DNA of 64,000 nt from Narcine bancroftii (lineage: Eukaryota), in the NCBI RefSeq assembly GCF_036971445.1, contig NW_027211801.1, forward strand, positions 682,001-746,000, given 5' to 3'. Made by a program: the position numbers and the translations under genes. Of the stretch, positions 50,911 to 63,300 are shown piece by piece (the stretch's first letter is position 1; each line of letters starts with the position of its first letter). The notes beneath the pieces are model-generated. The model ran no database searches. It was not told the origin of the DNA and saw nothing but the letters and a program-made list of their open reading frames with translations.

Positions 50911-52365
50911 TTTTGAAACTTTAATTTATTAAAACAATGATACATATATTAAAAATATACAATGAATAGATAAAACAATATAAAAACATGCATGGTATGT
51001 TTAATACAAACTAACCCCCTACAACCCCGCATCCCACTAACCCACCCAGCCAACCCCACCCCCCTCTGACCTATCCCCCATAAAAATGAAAGCAAGGGAA
51101 AAGAGGAAATTAACCATAATTACAAAATTCCTCAGTTAATTACCCCGAATTAGAAAAACACCACCACTGTGCGGCTGGGGGTTCAAAACCTCAAATCCAA
51201 ATCATCCAAAAACGGGCTCCAAGTTTTACGATAGAAAAAATAATTATCACGTAGATTATATGTTACATTCTACACTCGAATACACCTTAATTCCATCTGC
51301 CATCTCTGAATACTCAAATCAGTCTCATTTTTCCAAGTAATTGCAAAATATTTTCTGATGACAGCTAATGCCAATCTCAAAAATGCAATTTTACAGGTAT
51401 TTAATCTTAACTCTAAACCCAACCTGTTAATGTTACCCAACAAAAATACTAAAGGATGTAATGAAATTTTCACTTTCAAAATTACTTCTAAAAGTTCCTT
51501 AATACTATTCCAAAGAGGTTTTACCATCACCAAGTATAATGTAAAAAAAATGAACCTACTTCCTTCTGACATCCAAAACACAAAACTGAAAAAATTAAAT
51601 TATATCCCCTTAGTTTTTCCTGAGTTAAAAATAATTGATGAATGAAATTATAATGAACTAACCGATACCTGACATTTATAATTTTAGTCATACTAAATTC
51701 ATCCAAACATTTTGATGAATAGGTAATCCTAAATCTTTTACCCCTTTCAACCTAGATTGATGCAAATCCAACTTAGACATTTTATTTTGTAACAAAAAAT
51801 ACATCGCAGATCTAATTCCTTCTTACTTCCCTCTGTTAGTAAAATTTCAATCTTCAATCAACTAGGTAACCGTAACGTATATTGAAAATTATCCAAAAAT
51901 AAAACTTTAAATTGATAATAAGAAAAAAAAGAGTGTTTGAAGGAATATTATATTTCTCTTTCATTTTTGGAAAGAAATAAAATAACCTGCTTCATAATAA
52001 TCTGATACAAATTTAATACCCTTTTGATCCCATAACTTCAAAATTGTAAAGGGAATAATCTTATTTTTGATACAAAGGACTTTTACTTGAAATTTTCTCA
52101 AGTACCTAGAACTTCATTTATTTTATACCATAATTGCATTAAATGTTTCAAAATAGGTAATTACTCAATAACGTAGAATTCCATCAAAAAGAAACGGATC
52201 CATCCTCTTCTCACCAATTTGAGATCATTCAATATTTGCCCATATCAATGAATCTTCCAAACCAAAGATTCTATTAATTAATTTCAACTCTGCCACATCA
52301 TAGTAATTTAGAAAATTCAAAAGTTGTAAACATCCTCATTCATATTTCCAGGTTAATTTTTGTAA
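50910..52365 (-). mobile_element. L1-clade ORF2 3' fragment
   Basis: ORF 51270-51581 VFLLGNI...LALAVIRK..AITWK...IQRWQMELR. Confidence 0.8.
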
Positions 52366-53082
52366 TGTTATCAGCCCAAAGACCCCAAAACCCAGCAGCA
52401 GTATATATTCACCACAACAAGTAGTTACTTAAACAAAAGTTGCTTTTAATTATCTTTAAACATGAAAACAGTATCAAACTGTAAATTAACTACCCACCTT
52501 AAATCCCTTTTAATTCTAAGTGCATGTGGAAATTTAAGAAAAGTTCTTTGGTTCAGAGTTCAATCTCACTTCTCATTCTTCTACGTTGACAGGTTGCAGG
52601 CAATTTTTATCCTGGGCACAGAATTTTACATGCATAAAGTTCATCCACCACTAAGGAACTTCTGCTTCAGTTCCAAGAAGATTTTCCTGGCTTGTTTCAC
52701 TGCTTGCTCTCGCGCTCTTGCTCGCGCTCTCTCTCTCGCTCTCTCTCACTCTCTCTCGCTCTCTCTCACTCTCGCTCAGAGAAAGCATGTTTGACTTGCA
52801 AAACCACATGACCATCTTATAACAGCAAGCTCTCTTGAAGACAACAGCAGCTCCAACATGCTCTTTCATCTGTTGCCTTTTGTAATGGGATCTAATGGGA
52901 TCCACTAGTGATGTTTCTTCAGCACTCTTCAAAGCTCTTGCAAATGCTCTGAGACCCCATGGGGCAAAGCTCCAGTATTTAATATAAGATCAGTTTTCAA
53001 GTGTTTGTATGTGACCTACTCTAACAAACCTTTCCCAATTTATCTCACCAAAATATATCTATATACTCTATATACTGTCACA
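52366..53082 (-). mobile_element. 3' LTR with adjacent PPT; internal region lost
   Basis: TG...CA termini; AAAGGGGAAAG PPT at 53083-53093 on minus; related to the LTR at 18376. Confidence 0.75.
52705..52778. repeat. Imperfect (CT)n microsatellite
   Basis: ctctcgcgctcttgctcgcgctctctctctcgctctctctcactctc... Confidence 0.9.
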
Positions 53083-53726
53083 CTTTCCCCTTTAAAGGAA
53101 TTTTAACTCTTAAAAAGAGTCAGAACTAACTGTCTTTAAAATCACTAAAAGAGATAACAAGACTCAATATTTAACATGTTATAATAAAGTAACCCAATGT
53201 TAAAAGAGAGAGCGATGTGAGAATTAAGGATGGAGAATGAAAACTTGCCTGTTTGCTACACCAACAACAACCTCCCTTTCAACGTCTCTGTTATAGATAG
53301 AGAATTTGGGTTAAAAAGGGTTTAAGTTAAAATGTGATGATTAGTCATAAAAGGGGGCTAACCACTAGAGTTTAGCTGGAAAATGTTACAACAGACTTGC
53401 AACAGATTTAACTACAGAGAGACATGCAGGAGCCAAAGATTGATAAAGAGTGAAAAACAGGATTTGGTGTGAGCAGAGGTCATGAATGATCGTGGTGTGC
53501 GTGACTAACAGTAATCAGGATGATTCTGCAAAAACTAACCAATTAAAGCAGTGTAGTGGAGATGCCGAAGGACAAGCAAATTGTATAAAAAACAATGCAC
53601 TGTATGTATCGGGGCTTAACTTGGCGAGAAGCCGGTTGAGTCCAACTCTGCAGACTTGTGAATAAAGCTTGTCGTGTCACCGATCTTAAAGAGACTCATT
53701 TGTGAGAATTTGTGTTTCTGACAATT

Positions 53727-53744
53727 TGGGGGCTCATCCGGGAT
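53727..53744 (+). promoter_or_regulatory. Primer binding site, tRNA-Pro
   Basis: TGGGGGCTCATCCGGGAT, 17/18 match to the MLV PBS-Pro TGGGGGCTCGTCCGGGAT. Confidence 0.92.
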
Positions 53745-54192
53745 CTACACTCCGGCCGTGGGGGGAGGCGAGAAAGGGGGACGTCAGAGGTGGTGCACCC
53801 CGCTGAGTTCAGTGGCTCCTAGTCCCTTTGCTCGTCACCTCGGGCGGCTTGAGCGAGTGGTATCCGGACAAGGTGACACGACAAGACTAAAAGGAGAGGG
53901 GTGATGGTTCAATCCCCAGGAAGACACCGGTAAGTGACGACTTACGATTGTGGTGTGGGGATTGACGGACCAGACCACCCAGGTAACGGTCATGACGGAG
54001 TAAAAATATAAATAAGGTGTAAAGAGGGTGGCGTGAGGACCCCGTCGTGGGACCTTAGGATAGACCCCAGGGAAACCTCGGTGGGAACCGACGGAGGGAT
54101 AGTACCTCCGACGAGGCGACCGAGACGAAAGGGAGTAGGGTCCCGAAAACGAAGGGGGTCCTCAGCCACGATAAACGGATCTAGGTGGGAAA

Positions 54193-55690
54193 ATGGGAGG
54201 AACAAAGTCTAAGGGCTCGTCTGAGGGATCGGGACTTTTCCCGGGGGTTCCTCCTGACAGCCCTTTGGGGAGAATGTTTGAAAATTGGGATAGTAGACGA
54301 TATCGAGAGAAAGATGGTACAATATTGTCTCCTTTCGTCGAAACAGCCTATCAAAGGTTCCTCGGTCTGGTGGCCGAAATTCGGATCCGACGAGGATTGG
54401 ATTAGATAAGCATTAAACATAAATGTAAACTCGAGACCAAAGGTGAATCAAGAAGAGTCAGCGTATGCATTTTGTTGGGTTCCCTGGCCAGGATCCTTAA
54501 CAAAATGTTTTAAATTGGGGGTAGCGGGAGAAAAGAAGTGGGAACCTTTGGACAACCTCCCCCCTCCTTATGTTCCCCAGGCGCCCACGACGCCCGAGGG
54601 AAACTTGCTGCTGGAGGGGGAAGGTGATGAATCTGATTGTCCCGGAAGGGGCTGGGAACGGAGGGATGAATTAAGTGAAGTAATTGAACTAAGGGAGTCA
54701 GACCCTAGACTTCCACCGGTGGACCGACCCTGGACCAGATCCCAGACTGGTCCAGGACCATCGAAGGCTCCAATAAGCCTAAATCCCCTGAGGGAAGTTC
54801 CTATGGGAGGACTGGGAGGGGGAACGGGATACGTAAACGTTCCCCTAACCAGTACTGAGGTGCGGGGATTTAAGAAGGAAATGAAAAATCTGTTGGAAGA
54901 TCCCATGGGACTGGCCGAACAGTTTGCCCAGTTCCTGGGACCAAACACATATACCTGGGAAGAGATGCACGCAATAATGGGAACATTATTCTCACTCCAG
55001 GAGAGGCAGATGATTCGATAGGCTGCCCTCCTTATGTGGGAACGTGAACAACCTGGGGACCCCAGACCCCATGAACAAAAATATCCCCTGAATGAACCCA
55101 GGTGGGACAAACGAACACCCGAGGGATTGACAAATATGAGACACTACAGAGAGTGGACGATTAAAGGGATACGGGAGGCTGTGCCAAAGGGTCACAATTT
55201 TGCCAAGGCATTTGGGAACCACCAGGGGAAAGATGAGTCCCCTACTGATTTCTTGGAGAGGGTGAGAAAGAATGTCCAACAGTATGCGGGTGTGGACCCT
55301 AGTACACCAATGGGTGAACAGCTTATTCGAATCGAATTTGTGTCCAAATCGTGGCAGGACATTAGGAAGAAACTAGAAAAGGAGGAGGACTGGAATGAAA
55401 AACCCTTGAGTGACCTGTTAAAAAAGGCACAAAGGGTATATGTGCGGAGGGAAGAGGAAGGTCAAAAGAGGGCAGTGAAGATTATGGTACAGACTATCCG
55501 ACAGGTAAATGCCGGGTCCAGAGAGGAAAGGAGACAAAACCCCCCTCTAAGCAATCCAAGAAATCCAAGAGAGGGGAGACCCAGGAGACCCGCTAAGTGC
55601 TATTACTGTAACGAGGAAGGACACTTCAAGAGGGAATGCCCCCGATATAGGAGGGAAGTGCGGACCCTCGAACTCATGGAAGAAGATTAG
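54193..55690 (+). pseudogene. gag: ERV gag (frameshift near 54308; stops at 54407 and 55019)
   Basis: MGGTKS myristoylation motif; PPDSPLG; WPKFGSDEDW; PPPY late domain; MHR QGKDESP.DFLER; single CYYCNEEGHFKREC knuckle; terminal TAG. Confidence 0.92.
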
Positions 55691-58600
55691 GGGGGTCAGG
55701 GGTTCCGGGTGTTGGGGACCAAGTATAAGAGGGAACCCTTGGTAAAACTGAAAATTGGTCCCCAGGGAGAAGAGGTGGTGTTTATGGTGGACACGGGAGC
55801 GGAACGAAGTAGTGTAATAAATGTGCCAACTGGGACCGAGCCTGTATAAAGCAATTTGAAAATTTCTGGGATAGAAGGGGCTCCCAGGATGGTATCGATA
55901 ATTCCCCAAGTGACAGTAAGGCTGGAAGGGAGAGAAGGGGTACAGGACCTCTTGTTACCGTCGGCCGTATTTAACCTCTTAGGAAGAGATATACAGGCTC
56001 TCCTAGGTCTGGGTGCTCTCCCTGTGGACAGAGAAGTGCGGGTCCACCTCTGTGTTCTGAAGGAGGAAGACGAACGGCAGATTGACGAGAGAGTCTGGTA
56101 TAAGAAGGGAAATCGAGGAGGTTTGGACATCCCACCTTTACATGTCACATTAATACCAGGTCATCAGCTGGTAAGGAAACGTCAGTATCCTATTTCTTTG
56201 GAAGGGAGGAAGGGGCTACAGCCGGTAATCAAGACCCTGATACGGGACGGACTATTGGAGGAATGTATGTCACCCTATAACACCCCCATACTCCCAGTGA
56301 AGAAACCGGATGGATCCTATCGTCTAGTTCAGGATCTGAGAAGTTTGAATGCTATTGTTCAGACCCGCCACCCGGTGGTGCCCAATCCCTATACCATCAT
56401 GAGTCGGATTCTCCCGGACCATGAGTGGTTTAGTGTTATTGACCTGAAGGATGCCTTCTGGACATGCCCACTAGAAGAGGGAAGTAGAGATATGTTCGCG
56501 TTTGAATGGGAGAATCCATGGACAGGTAGACGGAGGCAGCTTCAGTGGACCGTATTGCCCCAAGGGTTCACTGAATCTCCGAACCTGTTTGGACAAATGC
56601 TAGAACAGATCTTGGCGGACTATCCACGGTCTGATGACTCCCAATTGAAGCAGTATGTGGATGATCTGCTGTTATCAGGGCCCAAGGAACAAGAAATGAG
56701 GGGAGATACAATTAGACTCTTGAACTATCTAGGGAAAAAGGGTCTGCGAGTGTCCAGGAACAAGTTACAGTTCGTTGAGAGGACTGTGGTGTACCTGTGG
56801 CACCAGATAAGTAAAGGACAGAAACGGATTACCCCTGAAAGGATTGCGGGAATCACCAGAATGCCGTTACCCCGTAATAAGAAGGAAATAAGACAATTCC
56901 TGGGGGTCTTAGGTTACTGCAGGTTATGGATAGAGGACTACTCGGCGTTGGTGAAGTTTATGTATGAAAAGCTGACAAATGAGGATGAACATCCATTGAA
57001 ATGGACCCAGGAGGAGAAGGGATGGTTTGAGGACCTGAAGCGTCGCCTGACGCGGACCCCGGTACTCACTCTGCCCTCTTTGAAGCAACCCTTCCAGCTA
57101 TTCGTCACCCATAATCAAGGAACAGCTGTGGGGGTTCTGACGCAGGAAAAAGGCGGCCAGCGACACCCAGTGGCCTTCCTGTCCAAAATGATGGACCCAG
57201 TGTCTCGTGGATGGCCGACATGCATCCAGGGAGTAGCGGCTGCTGCTCTGTTGGTGGAGGAGGCACGCAAACACACTTTTGGAGGAAGGATGACTGTGTA
57301 CACCCCCCCACTCTGTGAGTGTTCTATTAGCACAAACTGCCCATCGACGGCTGACTGATTCCCGCATATTAAAGTACGAGACCATTTTAATAGTCGGAGA
57401 AGACCTACAGTTTGCTAAGAATAATAGTTGCAACCCAGCTCAGTTTTTATACGGCGGTGAAACAGGGGAAGAAGTGGAGCACAACTGTGTCGAGTTGACA
57501 GATCTCCAGACCAAGACCCGAGAGGATCTTCGCGATACCCCCCTGGGAGAGGGATATGAATTCTACATTGACGGCTCCGCCAGATGTGTTGACGGAATGA
57601 GGAGAAGCGGGTATGCCATAATAGAAGGAGATGCTTGGGAAGTGGTAGAATCTGCGAGGCTACCCGGAAGCTGGTCAGCACAGTCCTGCGAACTATATGC
57701 CTTGCAGAGAGCCCTCAGAATACTGGCAGAGAAAACTGGGACAATTTACACTGATTCCAAATACGCATACGGGGTAGTGCATACCTTTGGTAAGATCTGG
57801 AAGGAGCGCGGTCTGATTACATCAAGAGGGAAGGAGTTGGCACACGAACAGATGATTACTCTGACCCTGGAAGCCCTGACATTACCCCGGGAAATAGCAG
57901 TGGTCTACATACCAGGCCATCAGAGAGGAGATACCCCGACCGCGATTGGGAACAGACGGGCTGATGAAGAGGCCAAAAGGGCGGCCATGCAACGGGAAGT
58001 CCGCTTGCTGACCTTAATCCCAGTAAGACCAGGTATAGAAAAGGCTCCCATTTTCACTGCTAAGGAAGAAACAGACATGGCTCAGCTGGGCGCATGCCGA
58101 CTGCCGGATGGAACATGGAAGACCCCAGATGGAAGAATGGTTCTAAATAAGGAAATAACTTGCAATATTTTAAAACACCTGCATCATCAGAGCCACTGGG
58201 TCACCCAGGCCTTGTGCGACACAGTGCTTCGAGACTATGTGTGTAAGGGGATCTACACTTTGGCCCAACAGGAGGTGCAGAACTGCCACATCTGCACAAG
58301 AATTAATAAGAAGGTAATGAGGACGGGCACCGTGGGAGGTCAACCGTTGGTAATACGCCCCTTCCAAAGAATCCAGATCGACTTCACGGAGTTACCTCAG
58401 GTCCAAAGGTGGAAGTATCTGTTGGTGATGGTAGATCACATTACCCGATGGGTAGAAGCCTTCCCAACAGTGAATGCTACTGCCTCCACGGTAGCTCACC
58501 TCCTCCTAGAGCATGTGATCCCCAGATATGGCATAATGGATTCTATAGACTCGGACAGGGGTCCACACTTTTGCTCCAAAGTTCACCAATTGATTTGTGA

Positions 58601-59216
58601 TGCCCTGCAAGTCTCTTGGAAACTGCATACCCCTTGGCATCCGCAAAGCTCAGGGAGGGTTGACCATATGAATGGAACCCTAAAGACGCAATTGACAAAA
58701 TTAATGGTGGAGACTAAAATGCCTTGGATAAAGTGTCTGCCCCTGGCCTTATTGAGAATTTGTACTGTCCCACGCAGGGATGTGGTGGTGTCCCCTTATG
58801 AAATGATGTTTTGGCTTCCCTTCTGGAGTAAAGTTGAGGGGTGTCCCACCTTGGGGGAAGGGGATATTTTTGTTAGAAACTATTTACAGGCACTGTCACG
58901 CACTCTTACAGATTTACGGAAGAGGGGACTATTGACACAAACACCGCCCTTAGACTTCTCTCTACACAAGGTGGAACCGGGAGACTGGATCCTCATCAAG
59001 ACCTGGAAAACCGAAAGACTCCAGCCACAGTGGGAAGGTCCATTCCAAGTTCTCTTGACTACAGAGGCTGCAGTGCGAACAAGAGAGAGGGGGTGGACGT
59101 ACGCATCCAGATTTAAGGGACCTGTAGAGGCGCCTCAGGACCCTGACACGGACTCAGATTGGACTTGTGTTCCTGGGGACAGTCCTCTTACTTTGCGACT
59201 TCGCAGGAGGACTTGA
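55691..59216 (+). pseudogene. pol: ERV pro-pol (stop at 55847; frameshift near 57305)
   Basis: FMVDTGA; LPQGF; YVDDLL; RNase H YIDGS and IYTDS; integrase H..H/C..C, QIDF, DSD.G, WEGPF. Confidence 0.95.
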
Positions 59217-59222
59217 TTGACA

Positions 59223-59501
59223 ATGTTATTGTTATATGCTTTGGTTTTTCTTGGTTTTCCTCTGTCTTTGTCAGGTCTGAAGTGTGAGAGGTGCAGAGAC
59301 ACAGTAGTCCTTTTTCAGGACCGCACTTGGGAAAGACAGGAGGGTAGTTTCATTTCCCATACCTCAGTTTCTAAGAAATGCTGGGCAGACAACATGCAGC
59401 CAGGGGCTCCGGGAGACCCGTTTAGGATTTTAGTCCAGCACGAGATTGATTTATCAGAAGATGGTTCTCTTCCTTGGGTTAAGATCCCCATTCAGCAATA
59501 G
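59223..59501 (+). pseudogene. env: Internally deleted env remnant (92 aa, open)
   Basis: Acceptor ttcgcag at 59206; signal peptide MLLLYALVFLGFPLSLSG; CERC; only about 280 bp lie between the pol stop and the PPT. Confidence 0.75.
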
Positions 59502-60027
59502 TACACACATTTTAAAGAAAGAAAGGGGTGGATTGTCATAGATAGAGAATTTGGGTTAAAAAGGGTTTAAGTTAAAATGTGATGATTAGTCATAAAAGGG
59601 GGCTAACCACTAGAGTTTAGCTGGAAAATGTTACAACAGACTTGCAACAGATTTAACTACAGAGAGACATGCAGGAGCCAAAGATTGATAAAGAGTGAAA
59701 AACAGGATTTGGTGTGAGCAGAGGTCATGAATGATCGTGGTGTGCGTGACTAACAGTAATCAGGATGATTCTGCAAAAACTAACCAATTAAAGCAGTGTA
59801 GTGGAGATGCCAAGGACAAGCAAATTGTATAAAAAACTACGCACTGTATGTATCGGGGCTTAACTTGGCGAGAAGCCGGTTGAGTCCAACTCTGCAGACT
59901 TGTGAATAAAGCTTGTCGTGTCACCGATCTTAAAGAGACTCATTTGTGAGAATTTGTGTTTCTGACAGTCTCCAAAACCAAGGAGCTTATTCTGGACTTC
60001 AGGTAGAGAAATCCCAAGGTACACGAC

Positions 60028-60267
60028 TGTAGAGCTCGTCGAAAGAACCAAAGACTTGTTGATCCAAACCAAGGCTTTTATTAGCAAAAGACCGGAGCTC
60101 TTCACAGGTGGCCAACCAGTCCGGAATGATCTGACCTGGCTAGGGACACAACCCTTTAAGGCCCAAACAATAGGTGTGGCTTAGCTCTCAGCCAATCGCT
60201 GTAAGCACAGTCTAGATACAGTAACTATATACACTATGTACATTGGTGATAGATCTGTACTATCACA
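60028..60267 (-). mobile_element. 3' LTR (240 bp) of the Gypsy element at 60-64 kb
   Basis: TG...CA termini; AATAAA on minus; PPT AAGAAGGGGTGAA adjacent. Confidence 0.88.
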
Positions 60268-60336
60268 TTCACCCCTTCTTGGAGAATTGACCCTGGAAAA
60301 AAAAAACGAGGGAGAGAATGAAAAGGAAGGGGTAGG

Positions 60337-63300
60337 TCAAGGACTGTAGCGGTCAGGGGGTCTGACCATCCGGCGTGACCGCCGTGGTGCCGGGATTGGG
60401 GTCGCTGGAGTGGTGTCGCCAGCGGGCTCATCGGGTGCGACTGCTCCGTCGCTCAATTCCCCAGTCGTTTTGTCGGCAGGGTGGCCCGAGTCATTGGGGT
60501 GCTGTTGGTCCTTCTGTTGCGGCACGGGGCCTGGAGCATAAGGAGTTGGGGGGTTTGCTGGGTCTACCGCGTCCTGAGCTAGGTCCCGCACCGAAACAGT
60601 GTCCTCCCGCCCGTCTGGGAACTCCACGTATGCGTAATGTGGGTTCGCGTGGAGTAGAGTCACTCGGTCGACCAAGGGGTCGTTCTTTGAGTGCCGGACG
60701 TGGCGTCGCAAAAGGACAGGGCCAGGGACGGTGAGCCATGCCGGTACAGTGGTTCCCGATTCGGATTTCCTCGGGAAAAGGAACATCCTTTCGTGGGGGG
60801 TAGCATTTGTTGCAGTACATAGGAGGGAGCGGATGGAGTGTAAGGCACTAGTGAGAACCTCCTGCCAGTGAGAGGTGGGGAGACCTTTAGACCGGAGAGC
60901 CAGTGTAACCGCTCTCCATATGGTGGCATTCTCCCTCTCGACCTGGCCATTACCGCGTGGGTTATAGCTCGTGGTCCTGCTTGAAGCAATACCACACTCC
61001 AGAAGGTACTGTTGCAGCTCTGCACTCATGAATGAGGACCCACTATCACTGTGGATGGAATTGGGGTACCCGAAGATGGTGAAAATACTGTGAAGGGCCT
61101 GTATCACTGAGGTGGCAGTGGTGTCTGGGCAGGCCACAGCGAATGGGAAGCGGGAGTATTCGTCGATGGCCGTAAGGATGTAGGTATTACGGTTGGTCGA
61201 CGGTAGGGGTCCCTTAAAGTCTACGCTAAGACGCTCGAAGGGGCGGGTGGCTTTGATGACGTGGGAGTTATCCGGACGGAAGAAGTGGGGCTTGCATTCG
61301 GCGCACACCGAACAGGCTCGGGTCATGGAGCGGATCTCCTCAACTGTGTAGGGTAAGTTGCGCGCCTTGACAAAGTGAGCAAACCTAGTGACCCCTGGAT
61401 GACAGAGCGCCTCATGGAGTTTCCGTAGTCTGTCCATCTGTATGCTGGCACACGTCCCCCTGGAGAGCGCGTCAGGCGGGTCGTTGAGCTTACCAGGCCG
61501 GTACAGGATGTCATAGTTAAAGGTGGAGAGTTCGATTCTCCATCTGGCGATTTTGTCGTTTTTTATCTTACCACGCTGGGTGTTGCTGAACATGAAGGAG
61601 ACCGCGCGTTGATCAGTCAACAGTGTAAAGCGCCTCCCAGTGAGGTAATGTCTCCAACGACGTACCGCTTCAACTATGGCCTGGGCCTCCTTCTCGATCG
61701 AGGAGCGTCTACTCTCCGGACCCTGGAGGGTTCTGGAGAAGAAGGCTACAGGCCGACCGGCCTGGTTCAAGGTGGCTGCCAGGGCGAAGTCGGATGCATC
61801 GCCCTCGACTTGAAACGGGACAGACTCATCGATCGCGTGCAGCGTCGCAGCAGCGATGTCAGATTTGATTCGATCGAAAGCCGCTGTGGCTTCGGTCGAG
61901 AGGGGAAAAGAGGTGGTCTTGATAAGAGGACGTGCCTTGTCGGCGTAGTTTGGAACCCATTGGGCATAATACGAGAAAAGGCCCAGGCAGCGTTTGAGAG
62001 CTTTCTGGGTATGTGGGGGGGGTAAGTCCATTAAGGGACGCATGCGGTCAGGATCTGGCATGACTATCCCGTTTTCCACCACACAACCTAGAATAGCGAG
62101 TCGTGTGGTCCGGAAAACACACTTGTCCAAATTGTAAGTCAGGTTTAGCTGACGGGCAGTTTGAAGAAATTTGTCTAGGTTGGCGTCATGGTCCTGCATG
62201 TCGTGGCCGCAGATGGTGATATTGTCCAGATACGGGAAGGTAGCGGTTAGCCCGTTCTGGTCCACCATCCTGTCCATTTCCCGCTGGAAGACCGCGACAC
62301 CATTTGTGACCCCGAATGGTACCCTGAGAAATTGATATAGCCGCCCATTCGCTTCAAAGGCCGTGAATGGTCGGTCCTCGCAGCGGATCGGGAGCTGGTG
62401 GTAGGCCGAACGTAGGTCAATAGTGGAGAAAATGCGGTACTGGGCAATCTGGTTCACCACATCCGTGATGCGTGGCAGGGGGTACGCATCCAGGAGTGTG
62501 AAGCGGTTAATGGTCTGGCTATAGTCGACCACCATCCGTAGTTTTTCCCCATTCTTGACAACCACCACCTGGGCTCTCCAGGGGCTTGAACTGGGTTCGA
62601 TGATGCCCTCATCCAGCAATCTATGCACCTCACTCCTAATGAATTGCCTGTTTTCGTAACTATATTGCCGACTTTTGGTGGCCACAGGCTTCCAGCCAGG
62701 GGTGAGGTTTGCGAAGAGTGCTGGCGGGGCAATCCGGAGTGTGGAAAGGCCGCAGGATTGGCCCCGGGGCACGGGGGCGGGTTGCTCGGGTGCTTTGGGA
62801 GTGGGGCGATGGCAGACCGAGAGGGGGGCGTGGGGTCCCCCAAAGTGTAGGGACACCGTTTGGAACTGACACTGGAAGTCTAATCCCAGCAACACTGGGG
62901 CGCACAATTGGGGAAGGACGAATAATTTAAAGTGGGTGACCGTCACGCCCTGTACTTCCAGCGTGGCGATGCAATACCCCTTTATCCCAGTCGATTGCGA
63001 CCTCGTCGCTAATGAGATCCTCTGGGTAGTGGGGATAATGTCAAGTCCCCAATGGAGGGCCAGATCTGGCTGGATAAAACTGTCAGTTGACCCAGAGTCA
63101 AATAAGCAATTGGTGTAGTGTCCATGCACTTTAATCAGTTCCATTGCTCTGGTGAGCGGATGAGAGCATTGCTGGTTTAATGTTATTGAAGCAGTTGACA
63201 GGCGAGTTTTGCGCAATGACGTCTCGCAACGGGATGACGTCACGCAACGGGATGACGTAGTCAACGCTCGAGGAGCAGGTTGGAGAACCTCCCGGAAGTG

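Larger units (their letters stand above)
53289..59967 (+). mobile_element. Class I (HERV-I-like) endogenous retrovirus, young, env-deleted
   Basis: LTRs 53289-53723 and 59534-59967 (about 4 differences); 5-bp TSD GTCTC; PBS-Pro; PPT AAAGAAAGAAAGGGGTGGAT; inserted in a Rex1/Babar fragment (NNLPFNVS|KTKELILDFR). Confidence 0.95.

Noticed and set aside
54407-55849. APOBEC-type hypermutation as the cause of the ERV stop codons
   Set aside because: The stops look like CAR-to-TAR changes, not TGG-to-TAG/TAA, and the many Trp codons are intact.
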